A DNA stretch of 64,000 nucleotides from an uncultured Rickettsia sp. (GTDB taxonomy: Bacteria; Pseudomonadota; Alphaproteobacteria; Rickettsiales; JABSSG01). Both the position numbers and the translations under genes were made by a program. The notes beneath the pieces were generated by a model. It did no database searches and was not told where the DNA came from. It saw only the letters and a program-made list of their open reading frames with translations. Shown here one piece after another: positions 28,792-38,852 of this stretch (its first letter is position 1; each line of letters begins with the position of its first letter). Location: NCBI GenBank assembly GCA_964515755.1, contig CAZEVK010000003.1, positions 13,881 through 77,880 on the forward strand. The letters run 5' to 3'.

Positions 28792-29478
28792 ATGACGAAA
28801 ATTAAAATAGCTCCATCAATTTTGTCTTGTGACTTTGCTAATTTAGAAAAAGAAATAAAGGCTGTTAGTCAGGCTGGTGCAGATTGTATTCATATTGATG
28901 TAATGGATGGGCATTTTGTACCTAATATCACTTTGGGACCTGCAATAGTTAAATCTATGAGATCTCATACATTAGTTTCATTTGATGTGCATTTGATGAT
29001 TGAAAATGTTGAGAAATATATTAAACCATTCGCGGACGCAGGCGCTGATATAATTACTTTTCATATTGAGGCGGTGAGTGATAGTTTAAAAGTGATTTCT
29101 TTAATCAAATCATTTGGTAAGAAGGTTGGTGTTTCGCTTAAGCCTAATACTGCTTCAAAAAGTATATTAGAAATTATTAATTTGGTTGATTTAGTTTTAG
29201 TCATGACTGTTGAGCCTGGCTTTGGAGGACAATTTTTTATGGAGTCTCAATTACCAAAAATTAGAACTTTACATTCGATGATTAATAATTCTAAAAATGC
29301 TGATATTGAATTAGCTGTGGATGGTGGAATAAATGACCAAAATGCGAAGCTGGTTGTTGCGGCTGGTGCAAATATGTTGGTTGCTGGATCTTATATATTT
29401 GCTGAGAAAGGACTGTATAGTGAGCGTATTGCAAAACTTAGGGAAAGTAATAATTATAAATACATAATAAAAAAGTAG
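28792..29478 (+). CDS. rpe: ribulose-phosphate 3-epimerase
   Basis: 228 aa. IAPSILSCDF, HIDVMDGHFVPN, VMTVEPGFGGQ, DGGIN. Confidence 0.93.
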   Translation: MTKIKIAPSILSCDFANLEKEIKAVSQAGADCIHIDVMDGHFVPNITLGPAIVKSMRSHTLVSFDVHLMIENVEKYIKPFADAGADIITFHIEAVSDSLKVISLIKSFGKKVGVSLKPNTASKSILEIINLVDLVLVMTVEPGFGGQFFMESQLPKIRTLHSMINNSKNADIELAVDGGINDQNAKLVVAAGANMLVAGSYIFAEKGLYSERIAKLRESNNYKYIIKK

Positions 29479-29623
29479 CTTTTAATTTTCTTGCAAAGCG
29501 AAGCTACTATAAAAAGTTTATATTTGTCATTTGAAAAGATTATATGGTTATAAAGTAAATTAATTAAACTATTTAAGAAATTAGGGTTAACGAAAAAGAA
29601 CGCGTTAAGCTTTATTATTTCTA

Positions 29624-30193
29624 TTAGTCTGAAATAACCAAGTCTAATTTTTGATCATGAGCTTCTGTTGGAAGGATTTGTTCAAATATTTGTTGTTTAT
29701 AACATAACCCTATAACAAACAGTTTTTTGTTAATTTTACGAAAATGGTTTATAGTTATGTCGTAAAAACCTTTACCATAACCAAGTCTATTGCCAAAGTT
29801 ATCGCATGCCAAGAGAGGGGTAATTATTATTTCTGGAATAAAAGTTGGCGCTATTACTAGTGGTTCCGGTATATTATTATTTAGCTCTGTTTTGTCGCCA
29901 GCTTCCCATTTTTTAAATTCTAAAGGTTTATTTGGAATTATTTTTGGCATAACACATTTGTGATTTTTGGTCTCGAGAGCTTTTAGTAATGGTAAAATAT
30001 TTAGTTCATGATCGATTGGGAAATATCCAGCAATGACTATAGGTGTTTTATATTTTTTACTTATAAAGTATAAGAGTTGTTTTTTTATATTTTCAGCTGC
30101 TAAAGCAGCATCTTTTTCAGAAATAAGACTACGAATTTCTCTAAAACGAGCGCGTAAAAATTGTTTATCTAGATTGATAGCGCAACCACTCAT
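29624..30193 (-). CDS. 5-formyltetrahydrofolate cyclo-ligase
   Basis: 189 aa. LRARFREIR N-terminus, GYGKGFYD motif and DQKLDLVISD tail. Confidence 0.85.
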   Translation of the reverse strand: MSGCAINLDKQFLRARFREIRSLISEKDAALAAENIKKQLLYFISKKYKTPIVIAGYFPIDHELNILPLLKALETKNHKCVMPKIIPNKPLEFKKWEAGDKTELNNNIPEPLVIAPTFIPEIIITPLLACDNFGNRLGYGKGFYDITINHFRKINKKLFVIGLCYKQQIFEQILPTEAHDQKLDLVISD

Positions 30194-30214
30194 GGTTTAG
30201 CTCCCAAAGTAAAC

Positions 30215-30832
30215 TTATTTAGAATAAAACTCAATAATTAAGTGTGGTTCCATAATACAAGGGTAAGGAACATCAGCTAGGTTAGGCATTCTAAGGAAAG
30301 TACCTTTCATATCTTTTGGTTCAAAGTTTAAATAACTTGGAATTGTACGTTCCATTTTTTGAGTAGCTTCCATAGCTACAGGCATAGTTTTTGATTTTTC
30401 TTTAAGTTCAATAACATCATTATCTTTTACTGAATAGCTTGGAATATTGACAGTTTTGCCATTAACTAATATATGTTTATGATTTACGATTTGTCTTGCT
30501 GCAAAGATAGTTGGAGCAAGGTTAAGCCTGTATACTACTGTATCTAATCTTTTTTCTAGTAGACCTATTAAGTTTTCAGAAGCATTGCCACGCATTCTGT
30601 GAGCTTGTTGAAAAGTTCTAAAAAATTGCTTTTCTGTAATGTAACCGTAGTAACCTTTAAGCTTTTGTTTAGCATGTAATTGAGTGCCATGGTCAGTTTT
30701 TCTGCGCTGTACTGAAGCACCATGCTGACCTGGAGGGTAGTTTTTTGACAAAAATGGATCTTTAGCCCCACCCCATAAACTTACTCCTAGTCTTCTGCTA
30801 ATTTTATACTTTGATTTCAGAATTTTCGTCAC
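30215..30832 (-). CDS. rpsD: 30S ribosomal protein S4
   Basis: 205 aa, GTG start. MTKILKSKYKISRRLGVSLWG is close to the Rickettsia S4 N-terminus. S4 RNA-binding domain (LDTVVYRLNLAPTIFAARQIVNHKHILVNG). Confidence 0.95.
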   Translation of the reverse strand: MTKILKSKYKISRRLGVSLWGGAKDPFLSKNYPPGQHGASVQRRKTDHGTQLHAKQKLKGYYGYITEKQFFRTFQQAHRMRGNASENLIGLLEKRLDTVVYRLNLAPTIFAARQIVNHKHILVNGKTVNIPSYSVKDNDVIELKEKSKTMPVAMEATQKMERTIPSYLNFEPKDMKGTFLRMPNLADVPYPCIMEPHLIIEFYSK

Positions 30833-30907
30833 GTTACACTCAAAATTAGATTAAATTAGATTATTAAATCTTACAAAAGGAGGAATATACAATAATGACC
30901 ATATTTG

Positions 30908-31654
30908 TCAATCCATATTGTGAGAGTTATTCTCTATTGCTTTAAATATGCCGATTAAAGTGTTTATTTCTTTAGAGGTAATTTTATCAACACGCTTAAA
31001 GATATTCTTAATATTGTGGAGCATAGTAGGCCTCTTCTCATAAACCTGATAAAAATTAGTTTTATCCATTATTTGCTCTAAATGATTGAAAAAATTTAGT
31101 ATTTCTTTTTGGGTAGCTATTTCATTATTTCTGGTCGGAATGCTTATTATGCTATTAGCATTGTTGATTTTACGCAATTCATAGCAAATTATTGCTACAG
31201 CCGCCGCTAGGTTCATTGAGGTAAAGTTTTCATTAACTTCTATAGACACTAACTTATTGGCTAATACTACCTCATCATTTTCCAAGCCACTTCTTTCGGC
31301 GCCAAATACTATACCTATTTTTTGAGATAAGATTTCTGACGTTAATACTTCGTTATATAAATTATTAGCGCTAATAATATTTTTATTAAGATCTCTGCGT
31401 CGGGAAGTAGTCGCAAAAATAAGTTCAAGATCAGCTATAGCTGTTTCAAAGTCATTAAATATCTGTGCATTTTCAACAAGATGGCTAGCTCCTACAGCTG
31501 TATATAAAGCTGCTTCATTAGGCCAGCCATCACGAGGATTAATTATACGCAGAGATGTGAAGCCAAAATTTAGCATCGCTCTTGCTGCTGTACCTATGTT
31601 TTCTCCTAACTGTGGTCTTGCTAGAATGATTACTGGAGAAGAATTATTATCCAT
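30908..31654 (-). CDS. trmJ: SpoU/TrmH-family RNA 2'-O-methyltransferase (TrmJ-like)
   Basis: 248 aa. VIILARPQLGENIGTAARAMLNFG, FGAERSGL and SMNLAAAVAI knot motifs. Confidence 0.8.
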   Translation of the reverse strand: MDNNSSPVIILARPQLGENIGTAARAMLNFGFTSLRIINPRDGWPNEAALYTAVGASHLVENAQIFNDFETAIADLELIFATTSRRRDLNKNIISANNLYNEVLTSEILSQKIGIVFGAERSGLENDEVVLANKLVSIEVNENFTSMNLAAAVAIICYELRKINNANSIISIPTRNNEIATQKEILNFFNHLEQIMDKTNFYQVYEKRPTMLHNIKNIFKRVDKITSKEINTLIGIFKAIENNSHNMD

Positions 31655-33034
31655 TTACTCAACCTTACGCCAGGTAGTTGTTCCGTTCGGTAAGTCTTCT
31701 ATCATAATCCCTTTTGCTTTCAAATTATTTCGGATTTCATCAGCAATAGCCCAATCTTTATTAAGCTTTGCTTTTTTTCTTTTCTCAATCTCTGATATTA
31801 TTACCTGGTTGTCATCTTGGCCAAACCATTCATATGGTTTTTTTTCGAAAAAACCTAATAACTGTCCAGTATTATACAGTGTATTTGCTAATCTAATTTT
31901 TTCATCTTGATTACTAGCTTTATGAAAATTTTTGGCTATGGCGTGCAATATTGCTAGAGCTTCTGGAGAGTTAAGGTCATCACATAGTTTTTGTTGTACT
32001 TTATCAAGATATTGTTGCTCTATTTGATCGCCATTCTTGAATTCAATAATTCTATAAAAATTATCTAATGTTTTTTGAGCATCTGTCTTAGCTTTATTAT
32101 TCCAATTTAGAGGTTTACGATAATGAGTTGCTAACAAAATATAACGAATAGTTTCCCCAGCAATTTTTTTCTCTAACAATTCATTTACTGTGAAAAAATT
32201 TCCTAAAGATTTACTCATTTTTTCACCATCAACAGTCAAGAATCCATTATGTACCCAGAATGTAGCATAATTGCTATGTTCAAAGCAGGAGCAGCTTTGA
32301 GCAACTTCATTAGTATGATGAGGAAAAATTAAATCAATACCGCCTCCATGAATATCAAAATCTTGACCTAAATATTTGGTACTCATAGCAGTGCATTCAA
32401 TATGCCATCCAGGACGACCTTTGCCCCATGGGCTATCAAAAGTAGCGGAAGTATCATTGGTTGCTTCTATTGGCTTCCAAAGTACAAAATCTGCTGGATG
32501 TTTTTTATTTTCACTTACATCAATTCTGCTACCTGCAATTAACTCATTTAAAGACCTGCCTGATAAATTTGTATAGTTTTTATAACTTCTAACATCAAAA
32601 TATACGTGATTATTAGCTACGTAAGCATGATTTTTTTCAATCAATTTTATAATAATCTCGATCATTTCATTGATATGCTCTGTTGCTTTAGGCTCTATGT
32701 TGGGTGATAGACAGTTTAAAGCTTTCATATCACTTTCAAAATAACTGATCATTTCTTTAGTAAGATTATTAATACTTATCTTTCTTTCTTTTGCAGCATC
32801 ACAAATTTTATCATCAACATCCGTAATGTTACGCACATACAAAACTTGTTTTTGTCCGTATATGTGAGTAAGCAATCTATATAGTAAATCGTAAACGACT
32901 GTTGATCTAGCATTACCGATATGAGGGCGGTCGTATACGGTTGGGCCGCAAACATACATGGTAACGGTCTTACTATTTAAAGGTGTGAATTTTTGTTTTG
33001 TTTTAGTTAAAGTATTATAGAGATTAATTGTCAT
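31655..33034 (-). CDS. cysS: cysteine--tRNA ligase
   Basis: 459 aa. HIGN (PHIGNARS), KMSKS (EKMSKSLGN), and zinc-site region GWHIECTAM. Confidence 0.95.
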   Translation of the reverse strand: MTINLYNTLTKTKQKFTPLNSKTVTMYVCGPTVYDRPHIGNARSTVVYDLLYRLLTHIYGQKQVLYVRNITDVDDKICDAAKERKISINNLTKEMISYFESDMKALNCLSPNIEPKATEHINEMIEIIIKLIEKNHAYVANNHVYFDVRSYKNYTNLSGRSLNELIAGSRIDVSENKKHPADFVLWKPIEATNDTSATFDSPWGKGRPGWHIECTAMSTKYLGQDFDIHGGGIDLIFPHHTNEVAQSCSCFEHSNYATFWVHNGFLTVDGEKMSKSLGNFFTVNELLEKKIAGETIRYILLATHYRKPLNWNNKAKTDAQKTLDNFYRIIEFKNGDQIEQQYLDKVQQKLCDDLNSPEALAILHAIAKNFHKASNQDEKIRLANTLYNTGQLLGFFEKKPYEWFGQDDNQVIISEIEKRKKAKLNKDWAIADEIRNNLKAKGIMIEDLPNGTTTWRKVE

Positions 33035-33154
33035 TATACTATTTTCTTAAAGCCATCTTTTATTAGCTTAATGAATAAGGGATTTTTAGTTTCTTGTCGA
33101 GCATAGTCTTTTATGTTATACCAATTATAGTCAGTAATTTAATTAAGGTTTTAC

Positions 33155-35032
33155 GTGATTTTAAAGCGTTCGCAAATTATTTTTTTACACGACCTTTTGT
33201 TAATTAATTTTAGCTTTAATTTTGCACTAGGTATTAGGTTATTAGATGAAATTTCGTTATACAAATTTAGTACTAGCTATTTTGAGTATAGTTCAATATT
33301 TTTTCTAGTATCCTCTGTTTTTCTTTATTTTTCAAAGCTTTATCAAAGAAGTTGGCGCTATTCTTCAGAGCAAGATTATTTATTTGTCATACAAACTTGT
33401 TTGGCTATAACTATGATTTATTCTTTAACGATGTTTTTTATCAATCGTCTCACTGGAGTTCCAAGATCAGTTATTGTTGTTAACTGTTTCTTAATGCCTA
33501 TGTTACTAATAGGAACTAGAATATTATACAAATTATTCAAACTTCAGAACACAAATAAAATTTTAGATCAGGCTGTGCCGGTTTTGATTGTTGGGTTAGA
33601 TAATCGTATAGAATTATTCTTAAGAGAAGTATTTTTATCAGGTAACAGTCCTTATTTGCCAATTGGTATTATTGATAATAACAAAACTAAAATTGGCAGT
33701 AAAATTTATAACGTCGAAGTTTATGGAACTTTAGGAGAATTTGAAAAAGTTTACTCTAAATTAAAAGCTAAAGGTATATTACCTAAAAGACTAATTGTTA
33801 CAGAGCAATATTGTGTAGGAGAATATTTTAAACAGCTAATTAGCATTTCTGATAGTTATGGCATTAAACTTGGAAGATTGCCACAATTGGCTGAATTACA
33901 CTATAAATTAGAGAAAGCTTCATCTTCACAACCAATTATCATTGAAGATCTATTACCTAGAGAGCAGAATTTTCATGATAAAGACCAGCTGTCATTTTTT
34001 TTAAATAAAAAAACTGTATTAGTAACTGGTGCTGGTGGAACTATAGGTGGTGAATTAGTGAGGCAGATAGTTGATTTTAAGCCAAAAAAACTTATTGTTT
34101 TAGATAACGCAGAGTTTAATTTATATAAAATAATAAATGAGCTTAAGTCTGTTCATCCAACTTTGCAATTTAGCTCTTATGTAACTGATATTAGAGATAA
34201 AATTCAATTAGAACGTGTCTTTTTAAAAGAACGTCCAGAGATAGTATTTCATGCTGCAGCATTAAAGCATGTGCCAATTGTTGAAGAAAATATTACAGAG
34301 GGTATAATGACTAATATTTTTGGTACAGTTAACATTGCTACTTTAGCACTAAAATATAAATCTGAGTCTATGATTTTCATTTCCACCGACAAGGCGGTCA
34401 ATCCAACTAATGTTCTTGGGGCAACAAAACGTATTGCTGAAAAATATTTACAAGGAATTGGTCAAAAATATATCAATAAAAAAACCAACTTTGTTTCAGT
34501 AAGGTTTGGTAATGTTTTAGGTTCTTCTGGTTCGGTTATACCAATGTTTGAACAACAAATTAGTGCTGGTGGTCCGGTTACAGTTACAGATCCTAAAATT
34601 GAAAGATATTTCATGACTTTGCGCGAAGCTGTTCAGTTAGTATTACAGGCAGGAAAAAAAGGCTCTATTTCAGATAATATTTCTCATAGTCATGTTTATG
34701 TTCTTGATATGGGTAAGCCTGTTAAAATTAAAGATCTAGCGCAACAAATGATAGAATTATCTGGTTTAAAAGTTGGTGTCGATATAAATATTGAATATAC
34801 TGGTCTTAGACCAGGTGAAAAATTGTACGAAGAGTTATTTTATAAAGATGAACAGCCTGAGCCTACAGAATATAAATCTGTAATGGTAGCAAGGCCAGAA
34901 TTAATAGACTTTGATCAGTTAAATATAATGCTAAAGAAGCTTAACTTTATTGCGACTTCTAAAGATGGCACTAGTAATAAAGAGATCAAGATGTTTTTGA
35001 AAAAGATTATATCTGAGTATAATCAAAGTTAA
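33155..35032 (+). CDS. capD: membrane-anchored nucleotide-sugar 4,6-dehydratase/epimerase (CapD/WbpM/PglF family)
   Basis: 625 aa, GTG start. Four N-terminal TM helices, an SDR Rossmann motif VTGAGGTIGGEL, and STDKAVNPTNVLGATKR. Confidence 0.85.
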   Translation: MILKRSQIIFLHDLLLINFSFNFALGIRLLDEISLYKFSTSYFEYSSIFFLVSSVFLYFSKLYQRSWRYSSEQDYLFVIQTCLAITMIYSLTMFFINRLTGVPRSVIVVNCFLMPMLLIGTRILYKLFKLQNTNKILDQAVPVLIVGLDNRIELFLREVFLSGNSPYLPIGIIDNNKTKIGSKIYNVEVYGTLGEFEKVYSKLKAKGILPKRLIVTEQYCVGEYFKQLISISDSYGIKLGRLPQLAELHYKLEKASSSQPIIIEDLLPREQNFHDKDQLSFFLNKKTVLVTGAGGTIGGELVRQIVDFKPKKLIVLDNAEFNLYKIINELKSVHPTLQFSSYVTDIRDKIQLERVFLKERPEIVFHAAALKHVPIVEENITEGIMTNIFGTVNIATLALKYKSESMIFISTDKAVNPTNVLGATKRIAEKYLQGIGQKYINKKTNFVSVRFGNVLGSSGSVIPMFEQQISAGGPVTVTDPKIERYFMTLREAVQLVLQAGKKGSISDNISHSHVYVLDMGKPVKIKDLAQQMIELSGLKVGVDINIEYTGLRPGEKLYEELFYKDEQPEPTEYKSVMVARPELIDFDQLNIMLKKLNFIATSKDGTSNKEIKMFLKKIISEYNQS

Positions 35033-35057
35033 TTATCAAGATAGTGATTACTAATTC

Positions 35058-36185
35058 ATGTTTATAAAAATTCAAAAAATTCTTGCTAGTTTAAAGCTTA
35101 TGCCTTGGTTTATGATTCTAATTGTCACTTTAATATCATCAATCGGATTTATCTTGCTGTATGATGCTGCTTCTGGTTCGATGGAGCCGTGGGCTATTAA
35201 ACAGATTTCTTTTTTTATCATTTTTTCTATAATTATGCTTACTATTGGATTAATAGATCTTAAAATAATTTATCAGCTTTCATATGTTTTTTATAGCTTA
35301 ACCTTAATTTTACTAGTCTTAGTAGAGATTCTTGGACATAATGCTATGGGTGCAACGCGTTGGGTTAACTTAGGATTTATGAAATTACAACCTGCAGAAC
35401 CAATGAAATTGGCAATAATATTAGCTTTAGCTCGCTATTTTCATACGCTACCTTATCAAAATATAAAAATTAGATCGTTAATTGTTCCAATTATAATATT
35501 GTTGGCGCCTGTGTTATTAATAATTAAACAACCTGATTTAGGGACCGGAATGATTACACTAATGGTTGGTGCAATAATGCTTTTCATCGCTGGTGTCAAA
35601 ATGTGGAAATTTGTTCTTTCATTTGTCGCTGTATTAGCCTCTTTACCAATTATTTGGCATTATTTATATGATTATCAGAAGCAGAGGATTTTGATCTTTT
35701 TTAACCCTGAGAGCGACCCTTTAGGAGATGGTTATAATATTATTCAATCAAAAATAGCTATAGGCTCTGGTGGCTTATTCGGTAAAGGAATGATGTTTGG
35801 AAGTCAGGCACAATTACAGTTTTTACCAGAACATCAGACAGATTTTATATTTCCTATGTTTGCCGAGGAATTTGGTTTTTTTGGTGTATTATGTGTGATT
35901 TTTTTATATTTTATATTAATTATTTATGGTACTAGCATTTCATTAAATTGTAGAAGTCATTTCGGAAGATTAATTGCTTATGGGGTTGTATCGATGTTTT
36001 TTGTTCATATTTTTATTAATATGGGTATGGTAATGGGCTTATTACCAGTAGTTGGTGTACCTTTACCTTTATTATCTTATGGCGGCACAATTATGGCTAC
36101 CATTTTGATCGCATTTGGATTATTAATTAATGTACATCTTAATAGTAGAACAGTTTTATCACAAAGTTCGATTGGGATGATCTAA
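35058..36185 (+). CDS. rodA: SEDS-family peptidoglycan polymerase RodA
   Basis: 375 aa, polytopic. QPAEPMKL, PDLGT, QSKIAIGSGGLFGKG, LPEHQTDFIF, SYGGT. Confidence 0.85.
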   Translation: MFIKIQKILASLKLMPWFMILIVTLISSIGFILLYDAASGSMEPWAIKQISFFIIFSIIMLTIGLIDLKIIYQLSYVFYSLTLILLVLVEILGHNAMGATRWVNLGFMKLQPAEPMKLAIILALARYFHTLPYQNIKIRSLIVPIIILLAPVLLIIKQPDLGTGMITLMVGAIMLFIAGVKMWKFVLSFVAVLASLPIIWHYLYDYQKQRILIFFNPESDPLGDGYNIIQSKIAIGSGGLFGKGMMFGSQAQLQFLPEHQTDFIFPMFAEEFGFFGVLCVIFLYFILIIYGTSISLNCRSHFGRLIAYGVVSMFFVHIFINMGMVMGLLPVVGVPLPLLSYGGTIMATILIAFGLLINVHLNSRTVLSQSSIGMI

Positions 36186-36205
36186 CACAGATATAGGAGT
36201 GAATT

Positions 36206-36553
36206 ATGCAAGTTATAGTATCAGGTCAAGGAGTTAGTACTGGTCAAGCTTTACAAGATTATGTTAAAGAAAAATTGACTGCTTATGTAATTAAATATTT
36301 TGAACATGCTATTGATGCTCATGTAGTGTTTCATAAGCAGTCTGCTTTTTTTAAAGTAGATATAATCATAAATGATGGTACAGGTATGCACCTACCTATT
36401 AAGGGAGAAGATGAATCTGATGATATTTATAGCGCTTTTGATAAGGCTTTAGTTAAAGCAGAGCATCAATTAAGAAAGCATAAAGCAAAGATAAAAGATC
36501 ATCATAAAGCAAAATTTGGCGAGTTTTTAAGAAATGATAATATGGACTCATAA
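36206..36553 (+). CDS. hpf: ribosome hibernation promoting factor (RaiA/HPF family)
   Basis: 115 aa, preceded by AGGAG. MQVIVSGQGVSTGQALQDYVKEKL matches the family N-terminus. Confidence 0.85.
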   Translation: MQVIVSGQGVSTGQALQDYVKEKLTAYVIKYFEHAIDAHVVFHKQSAFFKVDIIINDGTGMHLPIKGEDESDDIYSAFDKALVKAEHQLRKHKAKIKDHHKAKFGEFLRNDNMDS

Positions 36554-36869
36554 GAGCTAAACTGCTTTTAGTGCGTAATGTTTATTCTATAAACTATACT
36601 TGTTTGCATCTTCATGTTTTATGTGTGTTTTTATAAAGCTTTTTACAACAAAAATAAAAATAACCTAAGGTTTTTTTTAAGGTCTGAAGATTTAGCATTT
36701 GCTTGAAAATGTAAAAAACTGTGCCAATGCTATAAAATTCTATTTTACTTGAATTCGCTTATGTTTATATTTTATGATGCTGGTTAGTCTAGTCTCGTAA
36801 TTAAAATTCATTGCAATTATTGGCTCGATAGTATATTCATAAGTACATAGTTCAAGGTTTGATTTAGTT

Positions 36870-37502
36870 ATGGCAGACATTATTCAAGAAGTCACAGAAG
36901 ATATAAAAGCAGAAAAGTTTTTGTATGTCATTAAAAATTTTACTAAGATCTTTGTCGTAATTTCTTTAGTAATTTTGTTGATAACATCTATAATTGTTTA
37001 CAGTAACTTTAAATATGAACAAAAACAGTTAGCTTTTAGTAAAGATTATTTTAGCATAATTAATGCTAATGTAGCTGGTTATTCTGATTTATATACAAAA
37101 ATCACTTCTGGTAATTCAGAATCTTATGCTCCTATGTCAGTAATTTCTTATTCTAAGATATTGATATCACAAAAAAAATACAATGATGCTTTTAATCTAC
37201 TTGTTGATTTATATAATAATAAAGAAAACGAACTTGTCTTTAGAAATATTTCTAGAGTTTTGATTATGTCGACAATTATAAATAATAATTTGCAAGACTT
37301 TCAAGTATACAATAAATTGGGTGATACAAGTATTTCTGAACCTTTTTATGATCTAATAAAATTGTTATATGCTCAGATTTTATTAATTAAGAATCAAGAT
37401 TTGGAAGCGAAAAATATTTTAGTAGAATTTGTGAAAAGTTCAGGAGCGTTCGATAATACAAGCTCTTTAGCTAATATTTTACTTAGTAATATTGATAATT
37501 AA
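36870..37502 (+). CDS. YfgM-like single-pass TPR-like membrane protein
   Basis: 210 aa. One TM after an acidic N-terminus. Sits directly upstream of bamB-der, as yfgM does in E. coli. Assignment is mostly positional. Confidence 0.5.
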   Translation: MADIIQEVTEDIKAEKFLYVIKNFTKIFVVISLVILLITSIIVYSNFKYEQKQLAFSKDYFSIINANVAGYSDLYTKITSGNSESYAPMSVISYSKILISQKKYNDAFNLLVDLYNNKENELVFRNISRVLIMSTIINNNLQDFQVYNKLGDTSISEPFYDLIKLLYAQILLIKNQDLEAKNILVEFVKSSGAFDNTSSLANILLSNIDN

Positions 37503-37520
37503 TTAAAGGAAATTATTATT

Positions 37521-38846
37521 ATGAATAAAGTTTTGAAGATATTACTATTATTTATAGTAACAGCATCTGTTTTTGGTTGTGCAAATAAAGATAAAATTAA
37601 GAAATTGCCAGGAAAATATATTGAGTTAATGCAAGAAATTGAATATGCGCAGCCAGACAAAGCTTTAGCTGCAAAAACTATTACAATTCCAAATTTGCAA
37701 ATAAATGATAAATGGTTGAATAGTAATTTTTCTGTATCTTCTATACCTGAAAATATTAAAATAGAACCAGAGCTCACTTATAAAATTAATAGTTTAAAGC
37801 TAGCGCATTCAAACAATTTTTATGGTGTAAGTACTACTCCTGTAATATTTAATAATATACTTTATAGCTTTAATAATAGTGGATATGTTGCTGCTTATAA
37901 CGTGAGTGATTTGTCCAAATTAGTATGGTCAAAGAAATTACTCTCAAAAGATATAGCAAAAGACAGCATTGGTGGAGGATTAGTTTGTGATAAAGATTTT
38001 TTAGTTATAACCTTTGGTAATACTAGTCTTATTGCTTTAAATAAAGATGATGGTTCGGAGATCTGGAATTATAATCTTAGTAGTATTGCAAGATCTACCC
38101 CTACTATCAAAGATAATAAGGTTTTTGTTCTAACAGTGGATAACAGACTATATTGCATAGATTTGTATACTGGAAAGCTTTTATGGACGCATGAGGGCGC
38201 TATTGAGCAGTTTGGAGTATTTGGATCTGCCTCACCCGTTGTTAGTGGTAATTTAGTTATTGTTCCTCATTCTTCGGGTCAGTTAAATGCTCTAAATATT
38301 AAGAGTGGAGAAGTTGTATGGCAACTAAGTTTGATTAAATCTACAGATAATAGCACTATGTTATACTTAAATGATATTGATATGACTCCTATAATTAATC
38401 AGGATGTTCTTTATGTATCTAATTATGCAGGTACTATGTTTGCAGTAGATGTCAGTACTGGCCAGATAAAGTGGACAAATGATTCTGTTGGTGGCAATAA
38501 ATTTGCTTGGATTGCAGGGAATTATATTTATTCGGTGAATAAATATAATCAACTTACTGCAGTATTAAAACAAACAGGACATGTTAAATGGGTTACTGAT
38601 TTAGTAGAAAAAATTACCACAAAAAGTAAATCAAACAAAGATAAAGTTGTTATAAGTGGTCCTGTCATGGTTAATAGCATGCTTTATCTAACAAATTCTG
38701 ATGGAAAATTGAGTGTTTTCAATCCAATAAGTGGTGCTAAACTTAGTGAATATTCAATTTCTAAAAATGTTTACTCACCACCTATTGCAGTTGGAGATAA
38801 AATATATTTTATCAATAATTCCGGAATACTATCGGTAGTTAGGTAA
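37521..38846 (+). CDS. bamB: outer membrane protein assembly factor BamB
   Basis: 441 aa. Lipobox (SVFGCANK) and repeated PQQ-like beta-propeller blades (..G..lW...). Conserved bamB-der adjacency. Confidence 0.8.
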   Translation: MNKVLKILLLFIVTASVFGCANKDKIKKLPGKYIELMQEIEYAQPDKALAAKTITIPNLQINDKWLNSNFSVSSIPENIKIEPELTYKINSLKLAHSNNFYGVSTTPVIFNNILYSFNNSGYVAAYNVSDLSKLVWSKKLLSKDIAKDSIGGGLVCDKDFLVITFGNTSLIALNKDDGSEIWNYNLSSIARSTPTIKDNKVFVLTVDNRLYCIDLYTGKLLWTHEGAIEQFGVFGSASPVVSGNLVIVPHSSGQLNALNIKSGEVVWQLSLIKSTDNSTMLYLNDIDMTPIINQDVLYVSNYAGTMFAVDVSTGQIKWTNDSVGGNKFAWIAGNYIYSVNKYNQLTAVLKQTGHVKWVTDLVEKITTKSKSNKDKVVISGPVMVNSMLYLTNSDGKLSVFNPISGAKLSEYSISKNVYSPPIAVGDKIYFINNSGILSVVR

Positions 38847-38852
38847 TATATC

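Noticed and set aside
30843-30862. Tandem 10-bp duplication (aaattagatt x2) just upstream of the rpsD start, considered as an S4 autoregulatory leader element.
   Set aside because: It has only two copies, is AT-rich, and has no obvious pseudoknot or helix potential. Evidence is insufficient.
36554-36869. A 316-nt spacer between hpf and the yfgM-like gene, examined for an sRNA, terminator or small ORF.
   Set aside because: Only 4-bp stems and a 30-codon low-complexity ORF were found. There is no GC-rich structured core comparable to the 6S candidate.
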